This document shows, in pieces, positions 49,561-63,809 of a stretch of DNA of 64,000 bases. The DNA is taken from positions 34,224,001 to 34,288,000 of the forward strand of contig NW_027266270.1 of NCBI RefSeq assembly GCF_022045235.1, in the 5' to 3' direction. The DNA comes from Haliotis cracherodii (taxonomy: Eukaryota). A program made the translations under genes and the position numbers. Each line of letters opens with the position of its first letter. Position 1 is the first letter of the stretch. The notes under the pieces were generated by a model, which was given only the letters and a program-made list of their open reading frames with translations, did no database searches and was not told the DNA's origin.

Positions 49561-52500
49561 CGCTTGTACTAGTCCGGACTGTTTTAGCCCCTTAATGCCG
49601 AGCGCCAGACAGGGTAACAACAAGTACCATTTTTTAACGTCTTTTGGTATGACGCGGTCGGGGATCGAACCCCGGACCTTCCACACTCTGGGCGGAGGGT
49701 TTTAAAAGCTTATGACAGGGACCAGGACTGGTAACTCATCATTCTTTTATTTTCATTCTGATGGGAACCTATTCAGGCTGTTTGTTTGTTTGTTTGTTTG
49801 TTTGTTTGTTTGTTGTTTAATGCTGCACTTACATGATCAAGGTCTGTAAATTCAGTGATTGATATCATGATAACAATCCATGTCGTCGGGGTATGATGAC
49901 ACACTTCAACCATGTCACTAAACTAGAACACCTTATCTATAAAGTTGCCTCTTACGACCACCATAGGTTGCTAAGGCCCTATTCTAACCCAGAATCCCCA
50001 TGTGGAATCTTTTGGCACTAAATAGGGGTATCACTCTTTGTGATATTGTCCTCTTTACCTGCTCAGGTGATGCCTCTGGGACTGGTTCTGGGGTAAGACT
50101 TGGGTAGACTGGTGCCTGACTAGCAGTGGACGACAGAGAGATGATGTCAGACATGGTGTCGTTACCGAGGCCCTCCAGGCCCTCCTCCATCATCAGACTG
50201 TTGAGACTACCTGAGGGGGAGGAACCTGTACCACCCACTCCTCCCCCTGCTACTTCACCTGCCCAGGGAGACAGGATCTTCTTTGGTACAAAACCTTTTT
50301 GCACTGTAATCGAGAACAAGTATATGTATATTTTTGCCTCAGAATATCAAAGAAGGCATATATATTTTATGCTGTCAAACAATCCTTGATGCAGACTAAC
50401 TGTCATCACATAAATTTACTGATAACTCAAAAATAAAACTGTTTACAGGGAATGAAAACAACCAGATATATATCTATAAATTGAGCGAGGAACCAAGACA
50501 GAATGTTTACTTCTGTTGTTCTAAAAATCTCACTGACCTCCATCGTCAACAAACCACTTGTCCTTGTTGCCCATGGGGTCCTGGTCCTTGATGACCCCCA
50601 CCATGACCCCTTCATTCAAGGACAAGTCCATGAGGTCGAGGGCAGCATATGTGTAGCCGACACGATGGAGCTTGGCTTCAGGGTAGATTTGACGGAGATA
50701 CACACGCTGGCTGTCACTCTGGGGGCTGCTGGACCCGGCTGCAGGCTGCCAACACAACAAACTCTTTCAACACTGAATTCCTCTATTTCCTACAATCTAC
50801 AACACAACAAACCCTTTCAACACCGAATTCCTCTATTTCCTACAATCTACAACACAAAAAACTCTTTCAACACCGAATTCCTCTACTTCCTACAATCTAC
50901 AACACAACAGACTCTTTCAACACTGAATTCCTCTACTTCCTACAATCTACAACACAACAAACTCTTTCAGCACCGAATTCCTCTACTTCCTACATTCTAC
51001 AACACAACAGAAGACCTGCCATTGCCTGGCCAGCACTGCCCTTGTCAACTATTTCCAACAATCCAATAGCACAAAGGAAGACCTACCAATGTCAATCCAA
51101 CACGGGTCAACTATTTCCAACACTGCAAGAGCACAAAGGAAGACCTACCACTGTCCATCCAACTTTGTGCAACTATTTCCAACAATCCAATAGCATAAAG
51201 GAAGACCAACCAATGTCAATCCAACACGGGTCAACCATTTCCAACACTCCAATAGCACAAAGGAAGAACTACCACTGTCCATCCAACACTGGTCAACCAT
51301 TTCCAACATTCCAAGAGCACAAAGGAAGACCAGCCATTGTCCATCAAGCACTGGTCCACTATTTCCAACACTCCAAGAGTACAAAGGAAGACCAGCCATT
51401 GTCCATCAAGCACTGGTCCACTATTTCCACCAATCCAATAGCACAAACGAGAACCTACCACTGTCTGGAAGGCACTACCCTTGTCAACTATTTCCTACAA
51501 TCCAATAACACAAAGGAAGACCTACCACTGTCCGGCCAGCACTGCCCTGGTCAACTGACATCCTCTTCTGTTTCTTGTCCAGCTTCAGTGAGTCCATCTT
51601 GGGATTGAACCCCCGAGGGATGAACATGAGAGCGGAGACCTTGTCTAGAGCTGTGGTGTGGTTCATGTTGAATGTCTCTATCACACCAGCATCAGAACTC
51701 AACAGCAGCGGCAACTGAAATCACCAATAACATGCTCTGGATAAAGCAATCCTTCAAATGGTGACTATTTTTGTTACAGGAGGATTTAACCCTAACACTA
51801 ACCCTAACCCCTAAACATTAAAAAAACCCTTAATGTTGTGCGTATGCAATCATTCGTGACAAAATATGCAAAAATATAGGATAATGACATACTTTTGGTG
51901 TTTGTTCGTCAGCAGTGTTTTAATCTTCATCACCCAGCAATCCAGCAGGGGTCAACAAAGACAGATCTTACACATCGTATCCATGGGGAATCAAACTGGG
52001 TACAGGTGCTGATGAGCTAACACTTCAACCACTACCTATGTGCCACCCTATGTTTGTTGTTTAACGTAGCACTCAGCAATGTTCCAGTTTTATAACAGTC
52101 AGTCTGTAGATAATCATGTCTGGGTTAGACAATCAAGTGATTAACATCATGAGCAATTGGGATATGATGACATGCAGTCAACCAAGTCACTGAGTCTGAC
52201 CACCTAGCTGCTGGGAACCAAAATTCTTACTCAGAATCCCCAGATCTCTGCCGATGTCATCTGTGGGTCACATTATTATTTATTTGGCTTAACTGCCCAC
52301 CTGCACAAGTGTGTACGTTGCTTTGAGAGTCTGGTCTGTGAAGGTCTTCTGAGCCTTGGTGAAAGCCCCCATACAGTCTGTGAGCATCTGGAACGCCAGA
52401 CCAAACAGTTTGGGCAGCTCATCCAGGAGCTGAGCATTCATGGCCTCGTAGTCATTCTTGGCTGTCTGCAGGGCATCATTCTAAACAAACACAACAACAC

Positions 52501-55500
52501 AACATGTACAGTCACTACACACAAACAGTTTTCAACCCTAAATAAAATAAATGACTTCTAATCTACATATCTGACATGGTTGATAATTATCTGACATGGT
52601 TTCAGATGAGCACATTTCTGCAGATTCACTGCGGAACATTGACAATGATAATCCAGATGACCTAAACTAAACAAGTCAATCAAAATCCATACAAACACAT
52701 GTGTAAAAATGATTACATGTGCTCTATACCCCTGTTGACATAATACACGTTTAACATTGTTAACATCTCAACACAGGTTTCACTACTCAGCTAATCCTGC
52801 AGAAAGTCCTGAAAGAGGTCAACTTGAAAAGAAATTTTACACATCTCTCATGCTGAAAATATTCATCTTTTGATCTGATTCACCAACGCAACACATATAA
52901 ATAGAGGTTATTACCCAAGTGTGTTTCCATAGAGTAAATATCATACATTATGAATGAAAATACACACTTTTAATATACTTATGATATGGAATCACACAAG
53001 GGTAATAATGTCAATGTCATTCTTATACTAATGGATTTTTAACAATAAGATGGATTTTTTAATTTCACTCGAAAAAGGAGCTTTGGAAACTGTGGAAGCA
53101 CAAAATTTAACAGTGTAGTGCCCAATGATTTGCAGGGTGACACGTTGGGAAACCCCAATCTATGCAGCTTAAGTCCACACCTTACGGAGAAAGGAGGCAC
53201 TGCTTCAATGCATGGATCTTGAAAGTAGTTCCTGCTGGCCAACCTTATTTGCATACTTATCGGATCATGATGCCAAATTTATTGGATTAGTTTCACAACG
53301 AAAGCACGAATCTTTATATGATAAACTTGTGGACATAACCGCCCCAACAGTAATTCCCACTACATCTGTCATCATCACTCATACATCTGCCACGGCTTCC
53401 CATACCTTCTCGTTGTCCTTCGCCTTCCTGAACTGACTGTCGTAGTCCAACATCTTGTCAAACCTCTTCTCTATAACATTGTTGGGTCCATCAAACATCT
53501 GTATGAGTTGACTCAGTGGGACGAGGACTTGTTCCTCCACAGTGCATCTCTGTGTAGCATAAAGTAGGCTGATCAATAGCATTGTCTTGAGATAAGACTT
53601 TCTTTCATGAGGGGTGCACTGCACATTTAGGTGAAAGACGAATAGGCTAAGAGAATGAATCCTTGTGAACTTGTCCTTTAATCGTTATTTATCATGTATA
53701 CTTAGAAAAGAACATGCAAGCTCAAAGGTTCATATGACACTGTAATGTCAGAACGGCTAACATCACATTCCACAACCTACTCTGACATTTCCATAGATTT
53801 AAAATACAAGTTTGATGCATTAATCTTGTAAAAATATTTCTGATCTTGTTTGTTATTTTTCACTGCAGCAATACTCCAGCTATATCAGTTGTCAGTTATC
53901 TAGTCTGGGCCAGGCAAACAAGTGGTTGATAACATGAACACCTTCAGCCAAGCCACAGAGTCGGACATAGTTGGCTCTTATGATAAACATGAGGAACTGC
54001 GCATCTTCCTTTATCTGTTGCTTCAGTTAATAAAGTTTTGTTGTTCAAATTAAAGTTTTCTTTCTTTCTCTTATTCAGCAGGACAAGTTGAAAATTTAAG
54101 TTTACTTGCCTTTGATATTTGAATACGCCTGTACTGCAGATCTATATTCTGTCTCTGATTTCCCCACAGGGATATAGTAACTTAGCATACAACAGCCCAT
54201 TTCTTAAAAAACTACTGACAGCGGAAAGTCAGTGGTAAGATTCACGGCCATGTCATACCAAAAGACATTAAAGGATGGTAATTGTTGTTACCCTTCCCTG
54301 CAACATGTCAGTGGGCTAGCAACATAAAACCAGCATTGTTCCAGACAAGCTCAAGCACGTGCCCACACACACACCCTGACCCTCGCCCGCTACCACCCAC
54401 ACCTCACCTCAGATTGAAACATCTAATGATCTCTACTCACAAATGTGTGCAGCAGTGGTCCAACAATCTTGCACTGGACTTCCTTGTACATCTTGACCTC
54501 CTCTGAGGGTTGTCCATCATACAGGTCAACAATGTCCGCTACCAGACTCTCCTCTGCCCCGACACACTCCTGGTCAACAACAACATGTATAAACATGTAC
54601 AGTGAATAACACTCAATCTGTGTGTGTGAGTGTGTGTGGGTGTTTGTGTGTGGGTGTTTGTGTGTGGTGTGTGGTGTGTGTGTGTATGGTGTGTTGAGAG
54701 AGGATCATGAAAATATTTACAAGGACATGGAGGGTCATCCAAAATATAACAAGCATTAGGAAGAGTCATTATTTTCTGTACATTGGAGCAGTCATTATTT
54801 TCTGTACATTGGAGCACAAAAAACCCTTCTGCTGGCCTCTATCATGTCTATTGCTGACTGTGGCAAAAACAAAATTCACTCACTATTTCTCAGCATCATG
54901 TGAAACACGGCTAGAATACCCACCTGCATGTGGTCCATGTACATGGAGACATTCTTCTGGAAGACTCTCACAGCCTTCTCTATGTGTCGGAATCGCACCT
55001 CCTCCCGCTCAAAGTTCTCGTCTCGGGTCTGTTCAAATATGAATAAGCATTCACGAAAAAGGCAACACAGATGTCACTGTCATTGAACACAGATTCAGTC
55101 AAAATCAAATTTCACAGCATGCATTGTCTCTCACTTCAGCCACAAGTCTGCATCCAAAATTTGGTAAAATTCTGTTCATCTTAGTTCATTCAGGTCAATT
55201 TAAACATGCTGTGCACACACAGTTTCTATCAGGACAATCAGTGGAAGATTCATGGCCCCTGCCATACCAATGTGCTGAGTACTTGAGATGTGTCCTCCCA
55301 CCCACCACCACCCATGTGTGCCCCCTCCGCCTACCTGCAGCCCTAGTCCCAGGTTTGTGGACAGTCGGCCCCGCATCCTGCTGGACTTCTTCCTGATGGA
55401 GTGGAAGTTGAACTTGGCGATCTTCTCACTGAACCGCTGGTCACTATCCTTCTTGTATTTGAACACTGCACAAACAATGTCATGACATTATCATCCATCT

Positions 55501-58500
55501 GAATACATAACACTGTCATTCAAAATGGTTAAGACATGAAAAACAAGAAAACAATCTTTGAGCAAAAACAACTTCTAAGTAAGGACAGGGTAATAGTCGA
55601 TCTGGGATATGGGCCTATACTCCAAGTCAACTCTTCAAATCACTACCCAAATGATATACTTTGGGGACTCCAGCTGAGAGAGATGTACATCACACTTTTC
55701 ATCGACATCTTGAATCCAAGCTACTGGCAAAGTCAGCTTGTATAACTTTATCAATGAGTACAATAACGTACGTGATATATCAGGCGAGAGGTGACAGAAA
55801 GTTGCTTAACACGCCAGTCAGCAATCTCCAGCTATAACGTAGCAGCCCTTATAAACCTATCATTATTTTGACGTTACTTGCTTCTTTGCAATAACCTCTT
55901 ATATTAGCATGATTAGAGTCTTAGGAGGGTTTACATTTCCTTAGTAAGACCTACTCTTGGGTAGAAGGTTTTACTTTTTCCTAGTAAGACCTGGTGAGTT
56001 GAGTACCAGATGAAGTTTGAACTTAGTGTTTCAAATGTCCAATTTTCTAAAATGTAACACAAAATTTTTCATTATGGATAATGGGAATTGCACCATAACC
56101 TCCGATCAGTAGTCAGACACTCTAACCATTGGACCATGGAACTAATTGAAGACAGGTGGTTGATTAAAAGGTACCATATTTAGCGTATATTTCTCTGCCA
56201 CATTTTACGAGCATTTCCTGTCATAACACACTTTTATACATAATATTAAACAAATATTGATAAATGTTTTGATTGTTCATAAGTCAGATGGAACACTCTT
56301 CCTCAGTTTTGGTTCTCATAGCAAAACCTCCAGGCAGCAGTGGGGGGCATGGGGGGCCCAGTCGTCTAAGGCGCCGTGATTTGCTGTGGAGAGTTGCGTC
56401 CCTTGGGCATGCCAGAAACCTATGATTGTGGGTTCGATACCCGGTTCGCCCCGATTATGTTTCTAGGTTTGTCAGCACCATACCTGTGCTCGTGGGTTTC
56501 ACCAAACTGGTAAACGTCTGAGACCTGCATTACTTCGGACTTTCCGCCGACATTAAGCGGACACGCCACGATATAATTGGAATACTGTTAAAAGCAGCGT
56601 TAAACCCAACTCACTCACTCACTCTGGGGAGAAAAACTTTGGGGTAACACCTTCAGTTTAACTCAGCCACTGCCTTCCTCTTGTGTTTGTTTCCAGTGAT
56701 TGATATCGTGAGCATCGATCCACGCAATTGGGATACGCTGACATGCATCAACCAAGTATTATAGAGCTTGGAACAGGACGCCCAGTGGCTGTAACTCAAT
56801 GATTCAAGCAATCAGGACACAAAGACACACCCACACATATCATAACCACCTGTTTATTAGAAATCACCCCTGGTATTTTGGTACAGTTTTAACAAGAATG
56901 GAGTACTGGGGACATGGGTCATCTATTGTTAGTCTTTATCATCACCCTACCTAAGTCTTTCCTCCGCTTGTACTCATTGATCGCAGTAGCCACGTCAGTC
57001 ATGGCGTTGATGGCTTTAACAATCTCATGTTTGTCTTTGTGATCATCCTCTGTTGACTGAAATATGCAAATGTTCATTTAATAACCTCATATTTTTTAGC
57101 ATCATGTTATTCAAAACCACACCACACACAGCAGTGTTCCAGCTATATGATGGCAATAAGTGTATAATCAAGTATGGACCAGACAATCCAGTGACTGACA
57201 TCATGAGCATCACACTCCACCATTGGGATACGATGACATGCATCAGCAAGTCAGAGAGCCTGATCCCCTGATCAGGTTAGTCAACTCTTACAACAAGCAT
57301 GGGTTGCAGAAGAAGAATTATAACCTGGATCTTCCAGGGACTCCTGTTTGTAAACTCTATGACAAGCAAAGGTACTGGGAACCTTATCTGCAGTGGAATC
57401 CCCATCTTGTAATAAAAGCAAGCTTGAAACATGTGGAATAAAACCCTACTCACCTTGAAGAGTTCGTTCAGCAGTAGCGGGTATTTGAGTATTCTCTGTA
57501 TGGGTTTGATGAGCAAGGACTCAAGGTCAAAGACATTGGTCTGCTCTCTCAGCTTGGTGATCATACGCCCAAAATACTCCTTCACCTCTACGTTATCTGT
57601 GTACTGGAAAAACAATACAAACACTTTAATAATTACAGCCAGTATATAAAGTCCTCGCATACGTAATTGGGGATCAATCTAAACAGGAATCCCTGCAGGT
57701 CATTCATTACCATGTACTCAATATGTTACGGTGTAAGACCCACCTTCTCCATGAGTGTGATGACTGTATCATGGTTCCGGCAGTATGGGGCGTACGTGTT
57801 CTTCATGTCCTCAGAGAAATGCACAAAGTTGGGGCCTGAAACAATTCACGTTATTCAATGACATTGTAGTTTATCACAGTATCTTATAATCTGTGAACGT
57901 TTTCTGAACAAAAACAGACAAGCTCATGTGAACATTAGTGGACCACTTGTTTGTTCTACTTTTGAACAGAAATGCTTGTCAGATATCCAGGGATGATAAT
58001 GTTTTTGTTTTTGAAAAAACATTGAAAGATATCTCAGGGGTCTGAGGGACTATATGATTTAATGGGACGTAATTGTTATGGCCTCAGGCTAGCAGCCTAT
58101 TGTTAACCCAATATATTCGTCACCTATTATCTGCTCCTCAAATGTCTTCCCGTTGATGCAGCCTTCCAGCATGGTGAGGAAACTCTGCGAGACGTCCGCT
58201 ATCTCCTCGATGTTGCCAAACACCACCTCCATTTCCACACCAGGAACCTGCTACAGTAAACAGTCTGTCTCACTCAGCAGTCACCAACACTACAGTCATA
58301 ACACTCTAAAGACTCTAGAGTCAATTGTGCACTTTGGGATAAAAGCTTGAAATTTGGCACAGTTATAGGTAATGACATTCCTAATATTTTCAGATATGGG
58401 GCCAGAAATTTCGTAGAACTTATTTAGTGTTTCTATAGCGGCATACAAGCTTTCCTCTTTACCATTCAAAAATTATTTTGTATCACCCACATAATGCCCA

Positions 58501-60713
58501 TGTTTGTGTTTTTTGTTATTAACAATGATCCCCTTAATTTTTGTATTATTTCTAATCATACACCCTAGGACTTTGGCTACTAGGAGGAAAACATATTGCC
58601 ACAGTGGGTCTCCCTGTCAACAGCCTCTTTCATCTGTAAAACATTCCGAAAGATGTCCATTTTGTATTATGTTTGATGTCGTATCATAAGCCAGTACATT
58701 TATCCACCTTATCATTTCAGGCCCAAATCTATATTTTTGTAAAACTTTGTTTAGAAATTGTTTTGAAACCGTATCAAATGCCTTTTCAAAATCTATCATC
58801 AGAAGTAATCCTGGTTCATGTTACCATTTTGATTCAAAGATAATGTTGTATAACAACCTTGTGTTTTTTTAAATTGACCTTCGTCAAATAAAACTTGTTT
58901 GATTATGAAGAAGCAATTCCAATGCTGACTTTATACGGTTTGCAATAGAAGTACTAATTATTTATAGAGTGCATTCAATAAAGTTATTAGATTCCAAAAT
59001 TTACCGTATTCAACGTAATAAGTGCCCAGGGTGCTCTCAGAATTAGAAATAGGGGGGCTCTTATTAGAAAGATATATTTCGTGGTTTATGCTGACAGCCT
59101 GAAATGTTTATGTACGGCAGATATATTTTCCAGAATTTAATTGCCCATAATTAAGGGTGCATATAACACATGAGCGTGTATTATACGCAAATAAATAAGT
59201 TTTGTGTACATTGATCAATCGGAAGGGGTGCTAATTGAGACAATTAACTAGCCAATGTATTAGCAAATATCGCCATGGGCGCTTATTAGGGTGGGGTGCT
59301 TATTACGTCAAATACGGTAAATAAATTCAAAAGAATCCTATACGTCTAACAGAAGCAATGTAACTTAAGCATTGACCTATCAGCAGCTTTAGCACAACAG
59401 AGCAGTGGTAACATACTTATGACAATATTTCATCATTAGTTTGCAACTCAAATGATTCATCTATTTGAACAGATACGAAAACAATTTCTGCCTAATTCCT
59501 GGCCCTTCACTGTACCTTCTCAGCAGCTGGACCCAGGAAGGTGTCGATGCACAGATGGAGGTCGCGCAGGTAGTCCTTCTCTGTAGCCAACAATTCCGCG
59601 ATTACATTCTCTCTCTTCTCCCTCCTCTTCTGTTTCTGCTCCTCCTGCTTCTTCTTGTCTTCCTCCATCTTCCTCTTGGCTTCCTCTCGCCGACGCTGTG
59701 CTTCTTGTTCTGCCTGGTACTGACGCAGTTCAGCTGGGCAGAGCTGGTGAAGGTTCTCTGAGGAAGAAAGGACAGGAACATGCACACAGACGATTTAATC
59801 AACTCCTGCAGGACAATCTTACAGCATGGCTGATACTAGTTAAGTTTACCAAGTCAACATCAGTAACTTGTTGGGATGCAGATTATTATGACTACAGTGT
59901 TGTAACCTGCATAGATTGAAGTTAATTAAACAATGTTGGTTTATTTATATTATTGGTAGGGTTTATTTTATGTCCAGGTCAGTTATCAGCGTTATCAGGA
60001 TATCTGCTGACCCTTTGTCTGCAGTGTCTCCATCAGCTGGTCTGGCTAGATGCAGTGAGACTGGAGAAAGAATAATTTGAGTGACATTGTCTTCCAGAGC
60101 TTCTTGGAACCTACTCTGTCATTTCACGATTTTGGAGAAAAAAAAATTCTGCTCTGCAATACCCTGGTGACTATTCAAGTAATGAATGTTCTGGGAAACT
60201 CTTGTCATTGAATGTTCTGGGAAACCATTCTGCTCTGGAATACCCATGGAAAACTCTTTGTCATTGAATGTTGTGGGATGTTATTCTGCTCTGAAATGCC
60301 CTGCTAAACTCTGTCATTGATTTTGGGGGAAGTTATTCTACTCTGAAATGATCTGGTAAACTCTTTGTCATTGAATGTTATGGGAATCTATTATGTTATG
60401 GACTGCCCTGGGAAAATCTTTGTAGTTGAATATTCTGGGAAACAATTCTGCTCCGGAATGCGGAATCTATTCTGTTCTGAAATGCCCTGCAATTGGTTAA
60501 CCTAAGGGGTTTATTAGCACATTAAATATTGTAGATACATAAATCATTGATGTGAGAGTGTGAGCTGCACATACGTCTGAGATTGGTCAGTTCCTCTGTG
60601 AGTCCCTGCACATTTGCTCGCTGGTCATCTAGAGTCTCCAGGATCTCCTCTCTCCCCTCCTCCCCCACCTGCTGCAGCATCAACGTCAGCTCCCCGCACG
60701 ACTTCTCATAGCT
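49106..60713 (-). CDS. DNMBP: Dynamin-binding protein / Tuba-like RhoGEF (DH + BAR + two C-terminal SH3), 5'-incomplete, 787 aa assembled
   Basis: Fifteen phase-consistent GT-AG exons: 60575-60713, 59516-59757, 58124-58247, 57744-57835, 57454-57603, 56951-57056, 55335-55465, 54924-55028, 54441-54569, 53406-53549, 52301-52480, 51526-51714, 50538-50745, 50059-50303, 49106-49285. DH motifs VIAELLATEKDYLRDL, VFGNIEEI, YAPYCRNH, LLIKPIQRILKYPLLLNEL, INEYKRRKDL; BAR motifs KRFDKMLDY, YEAMNAQLLDELP; SH3 motifs DPMGNKDKWFVDDG..KGFVP and EGNTEWWLV...RGYAPANYL. ARHGEF37/38 share this C-terminal layout, so the symbol is tentative. Confidence 0.88.
49455..49700 (-). mobile_element. MetaSINE-like element with internal (CA)n
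   Basis: B box GGTTCGATCCC followed by GTCATACCAAAAGACGTTAAAAAATGGTACTTG...TGGCGCTCGGCA (Meta-domain-like), then (CA)n and an (ACCTC)n tail. Relatives at ~54230-54410(+), 38250-38400(-), 11050-11135(-), 24706-24766(+). Confidence 0.7.
49516..49556. repeat. (TG)n microsatellite
   Basis: Direct reading; lies inside the MetaSINE-like element. Confidence 0.9.
50750..51010. repeat. 50-bp intronic minisatellite (~5 units)
   Basis: AACACAA recurs at 50751, 50801, 50851, 50901, 50951 and 51001. Confidence 0.9.
51010..51556. repeat. 62-bp minisatellite (~8.5 units) overlapping a DNMBP exon/intron donor junction
   Basis: AAAGGAAGA recurs at about 51073, 51135, 51197, 51259, 51321, 51383 and 51512. 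Confidence 0.88.
56345..56623 (+). mobile_element. tRNA(Leu/Ser-like) SINE
   Basis: Closely similar to 22127-22402. Confidence 0.8.
58500..59000 (-). mobile_element. L1/Tx1-like LINE reverse transcriptase fragment in a DNMBP intron
   Basis: IDFEKAFDTV...FGPEMIRWI...NGHLSECF..ERGC*QGDPL, with degenerate flanks. Confidence 0.75.
59004..59317. mobile_element. TA-flanked Tc1/mariner/pogo-like MITE
   Basis: TA|CCGTATTCAACGTAATAAGTGCCC ... GGGTGCTTATTACGTCAAATACGG|TA. Confidence 0.75.
60130..60490. repeat. Degenerate ~55-60-bp tandem repeat
   Basis: Recurrent TGTCATTGAATGTT.TGGGA and ATTCTGCTCTG.AAT.CCC. Confidence 0.65.
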
Positions 60714-62175
60714 CTGAAACAAGGACAGTCAGATGATGGATTCAACATCTTTACATACAAGCAGATGTCACAAGTATGGACCTGTGCAATACACTGGCGG
60801 CAAAGAGATATCTACTCTAGGAATCAAAATACAAACAACTGGTCTCAAGCAAAACCTAGACAATAACCTGGATAGTGGTATGGATGGTATCTATTACCAA
60901 CGTAAAAAATCTTGATCTGAATCTGGTCTAATGTGAAATTGCTAAAAACCGACATCATTATGATGATAATATATTTTAGGCTTAAAAAAATAAAAGAATT
61001 GGTTCTTAGGCAATGACTTTTGAAAATATAGTGTGGGTGAGCGCAAATAAACAGTTATATACCATCAACCTGGAAAAGGGCCTCCCTACATAGACAAGTA
61101 TACAAACTCCTATTGCCACCATGACCATAACGTTGAGATGCACAGTAAAGGGAAGTAACTGTGTAACTTAGGATTTTTATATTTTTGGTGAAAATAGAAA
61201 TAAAAACCAAACATGCGGGTGACTTTATGATGATGCGGGCGGTGCCTGAGAACCAAGATTATTATTTGAATAATATTTTGAATTGGTACAAGACTTTTTA
61301 CATACATGTAATTATGAAATAGAGTGGGCCCTTGTCATAACCCTAATGTTACACATGAAGATTAAGGAGGTTCCTAGGTTCTGATATTATCATGATTATG
61401 GCAGCGAACAGTAAGGACCCCAAGTCCCAATTCCCAACACTACTATTGTGTAACACACTGGGGCTTGGGGCTAGATGTTGAAAGCACCTTTTCACCTCAA
61501 AACCATATATATATATAACTGAACAAGAGACAGGAAGCATATGTTACTTCACACCCATTATTAATAGAGCAGTGTAATGGTACAACATATCTACTGTATG
61601 TTCTCCAAGCCAATGCTGTCAGATGTATGCTGTGTGAGATTCATGTACTCCTTGTATAGTATTACAGGGTCTTAATTGATAATAATATTGTGTCTTGTAC
61701 ACATCAAAATGGGATGTCCCATTGGAAGCAATACAAGTCTGAATATTGGAATGATGGAAACCATTTACATTGAAACATGTATTTCAGATTTAGCTGATAT
61801 TTCTGTTCTGAAATACAATCAAGGCTTGGACAGTCCATGTCAGATTTGGAGTTTTGATGGAAACAAGGAAATCCCCATCCATAACAAACTTTGGGAAATA
61901 CACAGACCTTGTGTTATATCTGCTGTTAGTACAGCGGTCACCCTGGTCACACAAGTTTGTGGTTAGTGTTAGTGTGTTAGTGTTAGTGTGTGTGTGTGTT
62001 ATTGTTTAATGTGTGTGTGTGTGTTTAACGTGCGTTAGGGTGTGCTTAATGTGTGTAAGTGTGTGTTTAATGTGTGTAAGTGTGTGTTTAACATGAGTTA
62101 GTGTGTATTTAATGTGTGTAAGTGTGTGTGCATGCGTGCGTGCATGTGTTGCTTAACAATAAGCAATATTCCAGC

Positions 62176-62346
62176 TTCAATCGAACTTTGTGTCGAACTT
62201 GGATATGTTGAATTTCTGGTTGTCTCAAACTCAGTTGGGTGTCGTAAGTTTACAAATTAAGCAAAACATTCCCTGAAGTCTCAAACCCCTGACAACTCAA
62301 CATTTTTTCCAGGTCCCCACAAGTTCGACATAATGAGGTTCGACTG
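62176..62346. mobile_element. Short Tc1-like MITE nested inside a retroposon tail
   Basis: Degenerate TIRs (CAATCGAACT / GGTTCGACTG) interrupt the retroposon's AATATTCCAGCT|ATATGA sequence. Confidence 0.55.
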
Positions 62347-63809
62347 CATATGATGGTGGCCTGTAAGTACTCCAGTCCAGACCCAATAATCCAGTGATTG
62401 ATACTGTGAACAACGATCTACGTCATTGGGTTACGATATGACATGCCATCAACAATGTCACCGATCCTGACTACATGATTCAAGTCACCTCCTACGACCG
62501 GCAAGCTAACTGGGGACCAATTCTAACCTGGAATCCCCTGAAAGACCCAAAATCATGATAATGTATCACACAGAGATTGCGAGATGTGTAGTATGGATAA
62601 ACGAGACTACCTATTACGTCATCAATATGGAATGTTAATGCAAACAGAACGAAGTGTGTGCTGGCTACATGGTTGAGAAAGAAAACCTGACCTGCCTCAA
62701 GATAGAAGATATATCATGATATATGTAATTAACATAATTATAATTAAATCTTCTGTGACTGTATCGGTAAATATTGATAAGTGAGAGTTGTATAGCAATA
62801 CGTGTATTGCAGGGAGCCGTATTGCAATATACTGGTATATCAGTTATATTGCACACTCCCAAGTTTTAAATTCAAGAAGTGAGCTTGACCTTTGATCAGA
62901 TGCAGAGTTGAGTGTTGTTACAAATTTTCTCCATAACCACACAGACAGTAATTTTTGAATGAAGCTCTTGGCAAGTCAAGGAGTAGGGTCGCAATGATAC
63001 AGAAGGTCACAATATGATATGTATTTTAATAGTCAGAATTACAACACAAAGGCCATGAACTGAAACACTTGAGCATGTCAGCATGTTAATGTGAGTGTAA
63101 AATCACAAAAAGTTACAAGGAAGTCAACATGGTCCCAAACTGATTTGTAGCTCATGGTTATCCCTATTTAAGTTAAATAAGTGCAAAATCAGTATTCTGT
63201 ATCATCGAGAATCACTATACACATCTGTATCATGTATCTGTTCAATGTATCACATCTGAATTTCGGAGTATCGATTCACCCTTTTTCATCATTACTTTGA
63301 TATTTGACACAATGGTCCAGTGACCTTGACCTTACATAGAAGATAGACAAACGATAATGGAAATGAGATTATGTGTGACCTTCACATTCTATCATGTCTA
63401 TGTCATCCAAACATATGGCAGAAAAAATGGTTTTAAACATTTTATAGAGGGTGATTAACAATGGTAAATAGGTGGCATATCAAAATATATTGGCAGACAT
63501 GGGAGTACATGTCAGTATGATGCCTGTAACGTCTCTCACCATGGTGATACGTGTGTGGCTGTCAAAATAAGTTGTGAGGCAGTGGTCTGCTTGCAAAAAG
63601 GGATAAACTTTTCAATGGTAAAACAAAATACCTGACCCCTGGATATGCACTCTGACAAGGTGCTGAAAATATATACCTGGGGAGCTTATTTGCAACACAA
63701 ACTGTATGGCAGATTTAGAATACGTGAAGGATGTGCAAGGGCTAGCTAAATCAGTTTTTAATAGCCTGAGTAATAACCAGTGTAGCGCTCCTCACTTTAG
63801 TTCACTCTA

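Noticed and set aside
50503-51608. 188-aa and 319-aa plus-strand ORFs
   Set aside because: Antisense to DNMBP exons and made of minisatellite sequence.
51787-51817. Telomere-like TAACCC run
   Set aside because: Only three or four imperfect intronic units; a common repeat remnant.
52005-52030. CTGATGAG hammerhead-like core
   Set aside because: No flanking helices or matching GAAA; it lies in a degenerate antisense tRNA-SINE.
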